DNA from: Mobula hypostoma
Taxonomy: Eukaryota
Direction of reading: 5' to 3'
DNA: 64,000 nucleotides
Assembly (NCBI RefSeq): GCF_963921235.1
Contig: NC_086097.1
Span: 230,518,001-230,582,000 of the forward strand
Shown here: piece by piece, positions 25,986 to 39,879 of the stretch
How positions within the stretch are numbered: the first letter of the stretch is position 1
Layout of the letters: each line of letters opens with the position of its first letter
Program-made: the position numbers and the translations under genes
Notes under the pieces: generated by a model
Database searches by the model: none
The model's input: the letters and a program-made list of their open reading frames with translations, nothing else
What the model was told of the DNA's origin: nothing

Positions 25986-28900
25986 TGACCATTATCTCAC
26001 TGCCGGGTGGAGTGGAGGTGACCATTATCTCATTGCAGGGTGGAGTGCAGGTGACCATTATCTGATTGCCGGGTGGAGTGGAGGTGACCATTATCTCATT
26101 GCCGGGTGGAGTGGAGGTGACCATAATCTCTTGCTGGGTGGAGTGGAGGTGACCATCATCTCATTGCCGGGTGGAGTGGAGGTGACCATCATCTGGTTGC
26201 TGGGTGGAGTGGAGGTGACCATCATCTGGTTGCTCGGTGGAGTGGAGGTGACCATCATCTGGTTGCTGGGTGGAGTGGAGGTGACCATTATCTGGTTGCT
26301 GGCTGGAGTGGAGGTGACCATTATCTCATTGCTGGGTGGAGTGGAGGTGACCATTATCTGATTGCTGGGTGGAGTGGAGGTGACCATTATCTCATTGCCG
26401 GGTGTAGTGGAGGTGACCATTATCTGATTGCTGGGTGGAGTGGAGGTGACCATCATCTCATTGCTGGGTGGAGTGGAGGTGACCATCATTTCAATGCTGG
26501 GTGGAGTGGAGGTGACCATTATCTCATTGCTGGCTGGAGTGGAGGTGACCATTATCTCATTGCTGGCTGGAGTGGAGGTGACCATTATCTCATTGCTGGC
26601 TGGAGTGGAGGTGACCATAATCTGATTGCTGGCTGGAGTGTATGTGACCATCATCACATTGCTGGGTGGAGTGGAGGTGACCATTATCTCATTGCCGGGT
26701 GGAGTGGAGGTGACCATTATCTCATTGCTGGGTGGAGTGGAGGTGACCATTATCTCATTGCCGGGTGGAGTGGTGGTGACCATTATCTCATTGCCGGGTG
26801 GAGTGGATGTGACCATTATCTCATTGCTGGGTGGAGTGGAGATGACCATTATCTGATTGCTGGGTGGAGTGGAGGTGACCATCATCTCATTGCTGGGTGG
26901 AGTGGAGGTGACCATCATTTCAATGCTGGGTGGAGTGGAGGTGACCATCATCTCATTGCTGGCTGGAGTGGAGGTGACCATTATCTCATTGCTGGCTGGA
27001 GTGGAGGTGACCATTATCGGATTGCTGGGTGGAGTGGAGGTGACCATTATCTGATTGCTGGCTGGAGTGGAGGTAACCATTATCTCATTGCCGGGTGGAG
27101 TGGAGGTGACCATTATCTCATTGCTGGCTGGAGTGTATGTGACCATCATCACATTGCTGGGTGGAGTGGAGGTGACCATTATCTCATTGCCGGGTGGAGT
27201 GGAGGTGACCATTATCTCATTGCCGGGTGGAGTGGAGGTGACCATTATCTCATTGCCGGGTGGAGTGGTGGTGACCATTATTTCATTGCCGGGTGGAGTG
27301 GATGTGACCATTATCTCATTGCTGGGTGGAGTGGAGATGACCATTATCTGATTGCTGGGTGGAGTGGAGGTGACCATTATCTCACTGCCAGGTGCGGTGG
27401 AGGTGGCCATTATCTCACTGCCGGGTGGAGTGGAGGTGACCATTATCTCACTGCCAGGTGGAGTGGAGGTGACCATTATCTCATTGCTGGCTGGAGTGGA
27501 GATGACCATTATCTGATTGCCGGGTGGAGTGGAGGTGACGATTATCTCACTGCTGGGTGGAGTGCAGGTGACCCATTATCTCACTGCCAGGTGGAGTGGA
27601 GGTGACCATTATCTCATTGCTGGCTGGAGTGGAGGTGACCATTATCTCATTACTGGCTGGAGTGGAGATGACAATTACCTCACTGCTGGGTGGAGTGGAG
27701 TTGACTCATTATCTCATTGCCGGGTGGAGTCGAGGTGACCATTATCTCATTGCGGGCTGGAGTTTAGATGACCATTATCTCATTGCCGGGTGGAGTGCAG
27801 GTGACCATTATCGCACTGCCAGGTGGAGCGGAAATGACCATTATCTCACTGCCGGGTGGAGTGGAGGTGACCATTATCTCATTGCTGGCTGGAGTGGAGG
27901 TGACCAATATCTCATTGCCGGGTGGAGTGGAGGTGACCATTATCTCATTGCCGGCTGGAGTGGAGGTGACCATTATCTCATTGCCGGCTGGAGTGCAGGT
28001 GACCATTATCTCATTGCCGGGTGGAGTGGAGGTGACGATCATCTCATTGCCGGGTGGAGTGGAGGTGACGATCATCTCATTGCTGGCTGGAGTGGAGGTG
28101 ACCATTATCTCACTGCCAGGTGGAGTGGAGGTGACCATTATCAGATTGCCGGGTGGAGTGGAGATGACCATTATCTGATTGCTGGGTGGACTGGAGGTGA
28201 CCATTATGTGATTGCTGGCTGGAGTGGAGGTGACCATTATCTCACTGCCGGGTGGAGTGGAGGTGACTATTATCTCACTGTCGGGTGGAGTGGAGGTGAC
28301 CATTATCTCACTGCCGGGTGGAGTGGAGGTGACCATTATCTCACTGCCGGGTGGAGTGAAGGTGACCATTATCAGATTGCCGGGTGGAGTGGAGATGACC
28401 ATTATCTGATTGCTGGGTGGAGTGGAGGTGACCATTATCTCATTGCTGGCTGGAGTGGAGGTGACCATTATGTCATTACTGGGTGGAGTGGACGTGAGCA
28501 TTATCTCAGTGCCGGGTGGAGTAGAGGTGACCATTATCTCATTGCTGGGTGGAGTGGAGGTGACCATTATCTCACTGCCGGGTGGAGTGGAGGTGACCAT
28601 CATCTCATTGTCGGGTGGAGTGAAGGTGACCATTATCTCATTGCTGGCTGGAGTGGAGGTGACCAATATCTCATTGCCGGCTGGAGTGGAGGTGACCATT
28701 ATCTCATTGCCGGCTGGAGTGGAGGTGACCATTATCTCATTGCCGGCTGGAGTGCAGGTGACCATTATCTCATTGCCGGGTGGAGTGGAGGTGACGATCA
28801 TCTCATTGCCGGGTGGAGTGGAGGTGACGATCATCTCATTGCTGGCTGGAGTGGAGGTGACCATTATCTCACTGCCGGGTGGAGTGGAGGTGACCATTAT

Positions 28901-31900
28901 CAGATTGCCGGGTGGAGTGGAGATGACCATTATCTGATTGCTGGGTGGAGTGGAGGTGACCATTATGTGATTGCTGGCTGGAGTGGAGGTGACCATTATC
29001 TCACTGCCGGGTGGAGTGGAGGTGACTATTATCTCACTGCCGGGTGGAGTGGAGGTGACCATTATCTCATTGCTGGGTGGAGTGGAGGTGACCATTATCT
29101 CACTGCCGGGTGGAGTGGAGGTGACCATCATCTCATTGTCGGGTGGAGTGAAGGTGACCATTATCTCATTGCTGGCTGGAGTGGAGGTGACCAATATCTC
29201 ATTGCCGGCTGGAGTGGAGGTGACCATTATCTCATTGCCGGCTGGAGTGGAGGTGACCATTATCTCATTGCCGGCTGGAGTGCAGGTGACCATTATCTCA
29301 TTGCCGGGTGGAGTGGAGGTGACGATCATCTCATTGCCGGGTGGAGTGGAGGTGACGATCATCTCATTGCTGGCTGGAGTGGAGGTGACCATTATCTCAC
29401 TGCCGGGTGGAGTGGAGGTGACCATTATCAGATTGCCGGGTGGAGTGGAGATGACCATTATCTGATTGCTGGGTGGAGTGGAGGTGACCATTATGTGATT
29501 GCTGGCTGGAGTGGAGGTGACCATTATCTCACTGCCGGGTGGAGTGGAGGTGACTATTATCTCACTGCCGGGTGGAGTGGAGGTGACCATTATCTCACTG
29601 CCGGGTGGAGTGGAGGTGACCATTATCTCACTGCCGGGTGGAGTGTAGGTGACCATTATCTCATTGCCGGGTGGAGTGGTGGTGACCATTATTTCATTGC
29701 CGGGTGGAGTGGATGTGACCATTATCTCATTGCTGGGTGGAGTGGAGATGACCATTATCTGATTGCTGGGTGGAGTGGAGGTGACCATTATCTCACTGCC
29801 GGGTGCGGTGGAGGTGGCCATTATCTCACTGCCGGGTGGAGTGGAGGTGACCATTATCTCACTGCCGGGTGGAGTGGAGGTGACCATTATCTCATTGCTG
29901 GCTGGAGTGGAGATGACCATTATCTGATTGCCGGGTGGAGTGGAGGTGACGATTATCTCACTGCTGGGTGGAGTGCAGGTGACCCATTATCTCACTGCCA
30001 GGTGGAGTGGAGGTGACCATTATCTCATTGCTGGCTGGAGTGGAGGTGACCATTATCTCATTACTGGCTGGAGTGGAGATGACAATTACCTCACTGCTGG
30101 GTGGAGTGGAGTTGACTCATTATCTCATTGCCGGGTGGAGTCGAGGTGACCATTATCTCATTGCGGGCTGGAGTTTAGATGACCATTATCTCATTGCCGG
30201 GTGGAGTGCAGGTGACCATTATCGCACTGCCAGGTGGAGCGGAAATGACCATTATCTCACTGCCGGGTGGAGTGGAGGTGACCATTATCTCATTGCTGGC
30301 TGGAGTGGAGGTGACCAATATCTCATTGCCGGGTGGAGTGGAGGTGACCATTATCTCATTGCCGGCTGGAGTGGAGGTGACCATTATCTCATTGCCGGCT
30401 GGAGTGCAGGTGACCATTATTTCATTGCCGGGTGGAGTGGAGGTGACGATCATCTCATTGCCGGGTGGAGTGGAGGTGACGATCATCTCATTGCTGGCTG
30501 GAGTGGAGGTGACCATTATCTCACTGCCAGGTGGAGTGGAGGTGACCATTATCAGATTGCCGGGTGGAGTGGAGATGACCATTATCTGATTGCTGGGTGG
30601 AGTGGAGGTGACCATTATGTGATTGCTGGCTGGAGTGGAGGTGACCATTATCTCACTGCCGGGTGGAGTGGAGGTGACTATTATCTCACTGTCGGGTGGA
30701 GTGGAGGTGACCATTATCTCACTGCCGGGTGGAGTGGAGGTGACCATTATCTCACTGCCGGGTGGAGTGAAGATGACCATTATCAGATTGCCGGGTAGAG
30801 TGGAGATGACCATTATCTGATTGCTGGGTGGAGTGGAGGTGACCATTATCTCATTGCTGGCTGGAGTGGAGGTGACCATTATGTCATTACTGGGTGGAGT
30901 GGACGTGAGCATTATCTCAGTGCCGGGTGGAGTAGAGGTGACCATTATCTCACTACCGGGTGGAGTGGAGGTGACCATTATCTCATTGCTGGGTGGAGTG
31001 GAGGTGACCATTATCTCACTGCCGGGTGGAGTGGAGGTGACCATCATCTCATTGTCGGGTGGAGTGAAGGTGACCATTATCTCATTGCTGGCTGGAGTGG
31101 AGGTGACCATTATCTCATTGCCGGGTGGAGTGGAGGTGACGATCATCTCATTGCCGGGTGGAGTGGAGGTGACGATCATCTCATTGCTGGCTGGAGTGGA
31201 GGTGACCATTATCTCACTGCCGGGTGGAGTGGAGGTGACCATTATCAGATTGCCGGGTGGAGTGGAGATGACCATTATCTGATTGCTGGGTGGAGTGGAG
31301 GTGACCATTATGTGATTGCTGGCTGGAGTGGAGGTGACCATTATCTCACTGCCGGGTGGAGTGGAGGTGACTATTATCTCACTGCCGGGTGGAGTGGAGG
31401 TGACCATTATCTCACTGCCGGGTGGAGTGGAGGTGACCATTATCTCACTGCCGGGTGGAGTGGAGGTGACCATTATCTGACTGCTGGCTGGAGTGGAGGT
31501 GACCATTATCTCACTGCCGGGTGGAGTGGAGGTGACTATTATCTCACTGCCGTGTGGAGTGGAGGTGACCATTATCTCACTGCCGGGTGGAGTGGAGGTG
31601 ACCATTATCTCATTGCTGGCTGGAGTGGAGGTGACCATTATCTCATTGCCGGGTGGAGTGGAGGTGACGATTATCTCACTGCTGGGTGGAGTGGAGGTGA
31701 CCCATTATCTCATTGCCGGGTGGAGTGGAGGTGACCATTATCTCATTGCTGGCTGGAGTGGAGGTGTCCATTATCTGATTGCCGGGTGGAGTGGAGGTGC
31801 CCATTATCTCACTGCGGGGTGGAGTGGAGGTGACCATTATGTCATTGCTGGGTGGAGTGGAGGTGACAATTATCTCACTGCCGGGTGGAGTGGAGGTGAC

Positions 31901-34900
31901 CATCATCTCACTGTCGGGTGGAGTGGAAGTGACCATCATCTCATTGCCGGGTGGAATGGAGGTGACCATTATCTCACTGCCGGTGGAGTGGAGGTGACCA
32001 TTATCTCATTGCTGGGTGGAGTGGAGGTGACCATTATCTCACTGCCGGGTGGAGTAGAGGTGAGCATTATCTCACTGCCGGGTGAAGTGGAGGTGACCAT
32101 TATCTCATAGCTGGCTGGAGTGGAGGTGACCATTCTCTCATTGCAGGGTGGAGTGGAGGTGACCATCATCTCATTGCCTGTTGGAGTGGAGGTGACCATT
32201 ATCTGATTACCGGGTGGAGTGGAGGTGTCCATTATCTCATTGCCGGCTGGCGTGGAGGTGACCATTATCTCAGTGACGGCTGGAGTGCAGGTGACCATTA
32301 TCTCATTGCTGGCTGGAGTGGAGGTGACCATTATCTCATCACTGGCTGCAGTGGAGGTGACCATTATCTCATTGCTGGCTGGAGTGTTAGTGACCATTAT
32401 CTCATTGCCGGCTGGAGTGGAGGTGACCATTATCTCATTGCTGGCTGGAGTGGAGGTGACCATTATCTCATTGCTGGCTGGAGTGGAGGTGACCATTATC
32501 TCATTGCCAGGTGGAGTGGAGGTGACCATTATCTCACTGCCGCGTGGAGTGGAGGTGCCCATTATCTCACTGCGGGGTGGAGTGGAGGTGACCATTATGT
32601 CATTGCTGGGTGGAGTGGAGGTGACAATTATCTCACTGCCGGGTGGAGTGGAGGTGACCATCATCTCACTGTCGGGTGGAGTGGAAGTGACCATCATCTC
32701 ATTGCCGGGTGGAATGGAGGTGACCATTATCTCACTGCCGGTGGAGTGGAGGTGACCATTATCTCATTGCTGGGTGGAGTGGAGGTGACCATTATCTCAC
32801 TGCCGGGTGGAGTAGAGGTGACCATTATCTCACTGCCGGGTGAAGTGGAGGTGACCATTATCTCATAGCTGGCTGGAGTGGAGGTGACCATTCTCTCATT
32901 GCAGGGTGGAGTGGAGGTGACCATCATCTCATTGCCTGTTGGAGTGGAGGTGACCATTATCTGATTACCGGGTGGAGTGGAGGTGTCCATTATCTCATTG
33001 CCGGCTGGCGTGGAGATGACCATTATCTCAGTGACGGCTGGAGTGCAGGTGACCATTATCTCATTGCTGGCTGGAGTGGAGGTGACCATTATCTCATCAC
33101 TGGCTGCAGTGGAGGTGACCATTATCTCATTGCCAGGTGGAGTGGAGGTGACCATTATCAGATTGCCGGGTGGAGTGGAGATGACCATTATCTGATTGCT
33201 GGGTGGAGTGGAGGTGACCATTATCTCATTGCTGGCTGGAGTGGAGGTGACCATTATCTCATTGCCAGGTGGAGTGGAGGTGACCATTATCTCACTGCCG
33301 GGTGGAGTGGAGGTGCCCATTATCTCATTGCTGGGTGGAGTGGAGGTGACCATTATGTCATTACTGGGTGGAGTGGAGGTGAGCATTATCTCAGTGCCGG
33401 GTGGAGTAGAGGTGACCATTATCTCACTGCCGGGTGGAGTGGAGGTGACCATTATCTCATTGTCGGGTGGAGTGGAGGTGACCATCATCTCATTGCCGGG
33501 TGGAATGGAGGTGACCATTATCTGATTGCTGGCTGGAGTGGAGGTGACCATTATCTCACTTCCGGGTGGAGTGGAGGTGACTATTATCTCACTGCCGGGT
33601 GGAGTGGAGGTGACCATTATCTCACTGCCGGGTGGAGTGGAGGTGACCATTATCTCATTGCTGGCTGGAGTGGAGGTGACCATTATCTCACTGCCGGGTG
33701 GAGTGGAGGTGACGATTATCTCACTGCTGGGTGGAGTGGAGGTGACCCATTATCTCATTGCCGGGTGGAGTGGAGGTGACCATTATCTCATTGCTGGCTG
33801 GAGTGGAGGTGACAATTATCTCACTGCCGGGTGGAGTGGAGGTGACCATTATCTCATTGCTGGCTGGAGTGGAGGTGACCATTATCTCACTGCCGGGTGG
33901 AGTGGAGGTGACGATTATCTCACTGCTGGGTGGAGTGGAGGTGACCCATTATCTCATTGCCGGGTGGAGTGGAGGTGACCATTATCTCATTGCTGGCTGG
34001 AGTGGAGGTGACAATTATCTCACTGCCGGGTGGAGTGGAGGTGACCATTATCTCATTGCTGGCTGGAGTGGAGGTGACAATTATCTCACTGCCGGGTGGA
34101 GTGGAGGTTACCATTGTCTCATTGCCGGGTGGAGTGGAGGTGACCATTGTCTGATTGCCGGGTGGAGTGGAGGTGACCATTATCTCACTGCCGGGTGGAG
34201 TGGAGGTGACCATTATCTCACTGCCGGGTGGAGTGGAGGTGACCATTATCTCATTGCTGGGTCGAGTGGAGGTGACCATTATCTGATTGCCGGGTGGAGT
34301 GGAGGTGACCATTATCTCATTGCCAGTTGGAGTGGAGGTGACGATTATCTCACTGCCGGGTGGAGTGGAGGTGACCCATTATCTCATTGCTGGCTGGAGT
34401 GGAGGTGAGAATTATCTCACTGCCGGGTGGAGTGGAGGTGACCATTATCTCATTGCTGGCTGGAGTGGAGGTGACCATTGTCTGATTGCCGGGTGGAGTG
34501 GAGGTGACCATTATCTCACTGCCGGGTGGAGTGGAGGTGACCATTATCTCACTGCCGGGTGGAGTGGAGGTGACCATTATCTCATTGCTGGGTCGAGTGG
34601 AGGTGACCATTATCTGATTGCCGGGTGGAGTGGAGGTGACCATTATCTCATTGCCAGTTGGAGTGGAGGTGACGATTATCTCACTGCCGGGTGGAGTGGA
34701 GGTGACCATTATCTGATTGCTGGGTGGAGTGGAGGTGACCATTATCTCATTGCCAGTTGGAGTGGAGGTGACGATTATCTCACTGCCGGGTGGAGTGGAG
34801 GTGACCATTATCTGATTGCTGGCTGGAGTGGAGGTGACCATTATTTGATTGCTTGGTGGAGTGGAGGTGACCATTATCTCATTGCCGGGTGGAGTGGAGG

Positions 34901-34968
34901 TGACCATTATCTCACTGCCGGGTGGAGTGGAGGTGAGCATTATCTCATTGCCGGGTGGAGTGGAGGTG
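25986..34968. repeat. 33-bp minisatellite, roughly 270 copies, consensus GGTGGAGTGGAGGTGACCATTATCTCATTGCCG
   Basis: Directly visible; 11-residue periodicity in all translated frames; rare 1-bp indels. Confidence 0.99.
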
Positions 34969-37900
34969 GGCTTGATGAGCATAAAGCAGCTGCTGTAGAA
35001 TTACGATGCCGGTTCAAAACACTTCACTGGCTGTAGATCACCATGATGGTTGTGAAAAGCATCACAGAAATGCATTGTAATGTTTCAACAGAAATCATGG
35101 GGAGCACAGCACACTCTGTCAGGACTGAAGCTCTAAGGTAAGCAAGATCATTGAAGGTATTGAACCAAAATAGCGAGAGTATACCCTGCAAGAAATAAAC
35201 TTAACAACAGAATTACGTCTACTTGAAGACAAGTTCCTGGAATTTCTCCAAAGCTTCTTTTTATTTTTACAAACACAACATGGTAACAGGAACTTCTAGC
35301 CCAATGAGCCCACACCACTCTATTACACCCATGTGACCAATTAAGCAACCAACATGCATGTCATTGTTATGTGGGAGGAAACTGATGCATATTCGGAAAC
35401 TGAATGTACAAACTCCTTTCGGACAGCAGTAGAACAGAACCCGGGTCACTGTAATAGCGTTACACTAACTGTGATGCTACTGTTCTGTGCTTCTTCTGCC
35501 CTGCCATTTTAACTTCTAAAGGAGAGTGGCAGAAAATTTGTATCTTCCTACACCTTGATATATCTGCCCCTCCATCAACCTCCATGCACTCCCGAGTTTG
35601 CAAGCTGGACATAGGGCTAAAAAATAGCAAAAAACAATGCTCAAAGTGCTGAAAGTGTAATTTAGACCCATCTACTGTACCTATCACCCACAGCACTTCC
35701 ACCCAGAGTTAAAATCGAGGCTGAGGGCCGTCTAATGCAAAGCCAGCCGTTTATCAATAGGGGTTCAAGTGCAGGACTTGGAGCCCAGAAAGGTTCAGGT
35801 GTTTCAGTTAATCTGCTGGTGAAGGGAACAGATTTCACAATTTCCATTTTGCATCACCTCATCAATTTTGATAGACTTAGTCGTCGTTGTTGTAGTAAGG
35901 ACCATCACCCCTACTGGGGCATAGGCTGCCAGCAGCGGCTTGCCAGAGTCCTCTGTCCTGGGCCGTTCTTTCAAGTTGTCCCCAGGTGGAGCCCATCCTC
36001 AAAAATCCTTCCTTTCCCTGGGATAAGCTCTTTGGAGCTTCTGCAGGTGTTTCCATGAGCCCTGGGCTTTTACAGATTGGGGTTTACTCGCCCTTTGGCT
36101 AAGCTTCCTCCAGGCTTGGGACTGTCCGTGGCGGAAATCTAACGGAGTTGGACTGAAGCCCAATCTTCTCAAGTCAGTCTGAAAGTGATTCACGCATTCT
36201 TGAAGCAAGGACACAATGTTTCAGAGTTTAGGTACCCTCCAGCCTCTGAGGAACAGGACAGTGCTTTTAATTAGATACCCCCCCCTCCCCCCCACCAACC
36301 AACCACTCCTCCCCCACCTCTACTTGATCTATTCCTTCTGCTCGACTTAGTTCTCTGTTTAGTGACCAGAGAAATCGAGTTTCCATCACATTTATATTAG
36401 GTTCAGCCAGTTACTCCATGCCTTGTTCTCACTGCAACCATCGGGAAGGAGGGCCTCGGATTCCAATTTAGCATCCAAGTTGATTTTGATAGCCTTCGAT
36501 TGCCCTTGATATGATGACCATGAGCTACCAGCTTGGACCACTTGAATTTTAGAAGATATTCCCACGGGTGCTGTTGAGCCAACAGTTCTTGATGTAGAGC
36601 TAATGACAGTGAAGTCATTGTGAGTCAGAGTGGCAATGTAACTTACAGAGGGAACCCTTCAGTGTTGCTGGTGCTCTAGCTTCTCTTCTTGATAGCAGAG
36701 ACTCTGAGATAGGGAGATATTGTCAACAGCCCAGGGGAATAAAAACATTTGTAAGCACTAGAGATTCTGCAGATGCTGGAGATCCAGAGTAACACACACA
36801 AAATGCTGGAGGAACTCTGGAAGAAGTAAATATTTTAGGCTGGTGGATCAGGTGCCTGTCAAATGGCTTGACAGTATTGTGCATCTTGAGTCTGTAGAAG
36901 TTGCGCTCACCCAGGCAAGATTCAGATTTCGAGATTGTGAAAAGTATTCCACCACACTCCTGAAGTAGGCATTGCAGACAGTAAAAAGGATTTCAGGTAT
37001 CGGGAGGCTAGTCACGCACCCCAAGTAACCAGCCTCTGGCACCTTATTCATGTGGCTCGTCAGTCAACTTCTGGCCAATTCTGATCCCTGTGTTATTCTT
37101 GGCAATGGCATTGGGTGTCATGGCTAGGTGGTTAGACACTTATAGTGTGAATGCCACTTGTTACTTACTAGCCCTAACTGAATGTATCGATGCCTTACTG
37201 CGTTTAGGCTTCATACAGAGGTCCACTTCAACAGATGCCTATAAACAGTATTCACCCCCCTTGGAAGTTTTCATGTTTTATTGTTTTACAACATTAAATC
37301 ACAGTAGATTTAATTTGGTTTTTTTGACACTGATCAACAGAAAGGTCTCTTTCGTGTCAAAGTGAAAACAAATTTCTACAAATTGGTCTAAGGTTATTAC
37401 AATTATTAAGCACAAAATAATTGATTGTATAACTACTCACACTCTTCAAGTCAGTATCTAGTAGATGCACCTTTGGCAGCAATCACAGCCTTGAGCCTGT
37501 GAGGATAGGTCTCTATCAGCTTTGCATATCTGGACACTGCTATTTTTCCCTATGTTTTTTGTACAAAACTGCTCAAGCTCTGTCAGATTGCATGAGGATC
37601 ATGAGTGACCAACCCTTTTCAAATCCAGCCACAAATTCTCAATTGGATTGAGGACTGGACTCTAACATAGCCACTCCAGGACATTAACTTTGTTGTTTTT
37701 AAGCCATTCATGTGTAGCTTTGGCTTTATGCTTGAGGTCATTATCTTGCTGGAAAACAAACCTCCTCCCAAGTTGTAGTTCTCTTGCACACTGCATCAGG
37801 TTTCCCTCCAGCAGTTCCCGGAAATTTTGCTGCATTCATTTTATCCTCTACCTTCACAAGCTTTACAGGGAATGTTGCAGCGAAGCATCCCCAGAGCATG

Positions 37901-38202
37901 ATGCAGTCACCACCATGCTCCACGGTAGGGATGGTGTGTTTCTGATGATGTGCAGTATTTGGCTTATGCCAAACTGCCTTTAATTTAACTGTACTCCAAA
38001 GGATATTCAGTGACTTGGAAATTTTCTTGTATCCATCTCTCGACTTACGCTTTTCAATAACCTTTTTGTGAAGTTGCTTGGAGTGTTCTTTTGTCTTCAT
38101 GGTGTAGTTTTTGCTAGAATACTAACTCATCAACAGGTGGACCTTCCAGATACAGGTGTATTTTTACTACAATCAATTGAAGCACCTTGACTCCAAAATC
38201 AG

Positions 38203-38998
38203 TCCGTGTAAGCGGAACAAGTGCTACACATGCCCTTACACTTCCTCCCTTACCACCATTCAGGGCCCCAAACAGTCCTTCCAGGTGAGGCATCACTTCA
38301 CCTGTGAGTCGACTGGGGTGATATACTGCGTCCGGTGCTCCTGATGTGGCCTTTTATATATTGGTGAGACCCGACGCAGACTGGGAGACCGCTTTGCTGA
38401 ACATCTACGCTCTGTCCGCCAGAGAAAGCAGGATCTCCCAGTGGCCACACATTTTAATTCCACATCCCATTCCCATTCTGACATGTCTATCCACGGCCTC
38501 CTCTACTGTAAAGATGAAGCCACACTCAGGTTGGAGGAACAACACCTTATATTCCGTCTGGGTAGCCTCCAACCTGATGGCATGAACATTGACTTCTCTA
38601 ACTTCCGCTAAGGCCCCACCTCCCCCTCGTACCCCATCTGTTACTCATTTTTATGCACACATTCTTTCTCTCACTCTCCTTTTTCTCCCTCTGTCCCTCT
38701 GAATATACCTCTTGCCCATCCTCTGGGTCACCCCCCCCCCCGTCTTTCTTCCCGGACCTCCTGTCCCATGATCCTCTCGTATCCCCTTTTGCCTATCACC
38801 TGTCCAGCTCTCGGCTCTATCCCTCCCCCTCCTGTCTTCTCCTATCATTTTGCATCTCCCCCTCCAGCTTTCAAATCCCTTACTCACTCTTCCTTCAGTT
38901 AGTCCTGACGAAGGGTCTCAGCCTGAAACGTCGACTGCGCCTCTTCCTATAGATGCTGCTTGGCCTGCTGCGTTCACCAGCAACTTTGATGTATGTTG
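38203..38998 (+). mobile_element. Penelope-like element, 5'-truncated (GIY-YIG endonuclease region plus 3' UTR), 12-bp TSD
   Basis: CYTC...GVIYCVRCS*CGLLYIGETRRRLGDRFAEH...QPDGMNIDFSNFR*; TSD CTCCAAAATCAG at 38191-38202 and 38999-39010. Confidence 0.93.
38896..38937 (+). ncRNA. Minimal type I hammerhead ribozyme motif
   Basis: AGTC-CTGACGA-AGGGTCTCAGCCT-GAAAC-GTC^GACT: intact core, short stem II, loopless palindromic stem III (ACGT), stem I AGTC/GACT. Confidence 0.8.
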
Positions 38999-39319
38999 CT
39001 CCAAAATCAGATCTCTATTTAACTAACTATGTGACTTCTAATACCAATTGGCTGCACCAGTGATGATTTGGTGTGTCATATTAAAGGGAGTGAATTCTTA
39101 TGCAATCAATTATTTTGTGTTTTATATTTGTAATTAATTTAGATTACTTTGTAGAGGTCTGTTTTCACTTTGACACGAAAGAGACTTTTTCTGTTGATCA
39201 ATGTCAAAGAAAAGGCCAAATTAAATCCATCGTGAGTCAATTTTGTAAAACAACAAAAGATGAGAACTTCTAAGGAGGAGGAATACTTTTTATAGGCACT
39301 GTAAGTTGGACAGCAATTA

Positions 39320-39635
39320 TAAAGATTAGATTTATTTGTCACATGTACATCAAAACTTATAGTGAACATATGTCTGGGATGTGTCTTTACATCAACGACC
39401 AGCACAGTCCAAATATGCGCTTGGGGGCAGCCTGCAAGTACAAGCGTGCTTATGGCAACAACATAGCAGCTCCACAACTTACTTACCCAAACTTGTACGT
39501 CTTTAGAATATGGGAGGAAACCAGAGCACCTGGAGGAAACCCATGCAGCTGCCAAAAGACTATACAAGCTCCTTACAGACAGCAGTGGGAACTGAACCCA
39601 ATCTTGCAGCTGGTACTGTAAAGTGTTACGCTGTC
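39320..39635 (-). mobile_element. V-domain (HE1-like) SINE
   Basis: Minus strand contains TGGGTTTCCTCCAGGTGCTCTGGTTTCCTCCCA. Confidence 0.75.
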
Positions 39636-39879
39636 TGGGCTTAAAATTCATGGAAGAATTGTGAACGGTACTTAACGTCCCCACTTCTGACCTCATGGTC
39701 ATTAGTGACGAGGATCTGGCTATTGCAGTGATACCAGGTATGTTCAATTCCATTTTGCAACACTGTAGAGTTGCAACATGAAGGGTCCCCACTGTTAATG
39801 GGACTTCATTTTCATAATGAGTGCAGCGATCACTCTTACCAATGCGTAGATTCATCGCTCATAGAAAGACTAGTGATGA

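Larger units (their letters stand above)
37232..39301 (-). mobile_element. Tc1-family transposon, internally deleted, interrupted by a Penelope-like insertion
   Basis: ~200-bp TIRs (TGCCTATAAACAGTATTCAC / GAATACTTTTTATAGGCACTG|TA); transposase remnant MKTKEHSKQL...GYKKISKSLNI...TVEHGGDCIMLWGCF. Confidence 0.92.

Noticed and set aside
27596..30016. 806-aa and 718-aa ORFs as annotated genes
   Set aside because: They are translations of a stop-free 33-bp unit, broken by indels and lacking unique flanking domains; kept only as a hypothesis under findings
25986..34968. CRISPR array
   Set aside because: Units are contiguous with no unique spacers, no cas genes are present, and the context is eukaryotic
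39139..39855. 238-aa minus-strand ORF
   Set aside because: Runs across a SINE and a Tc1 TIR; chance open frame
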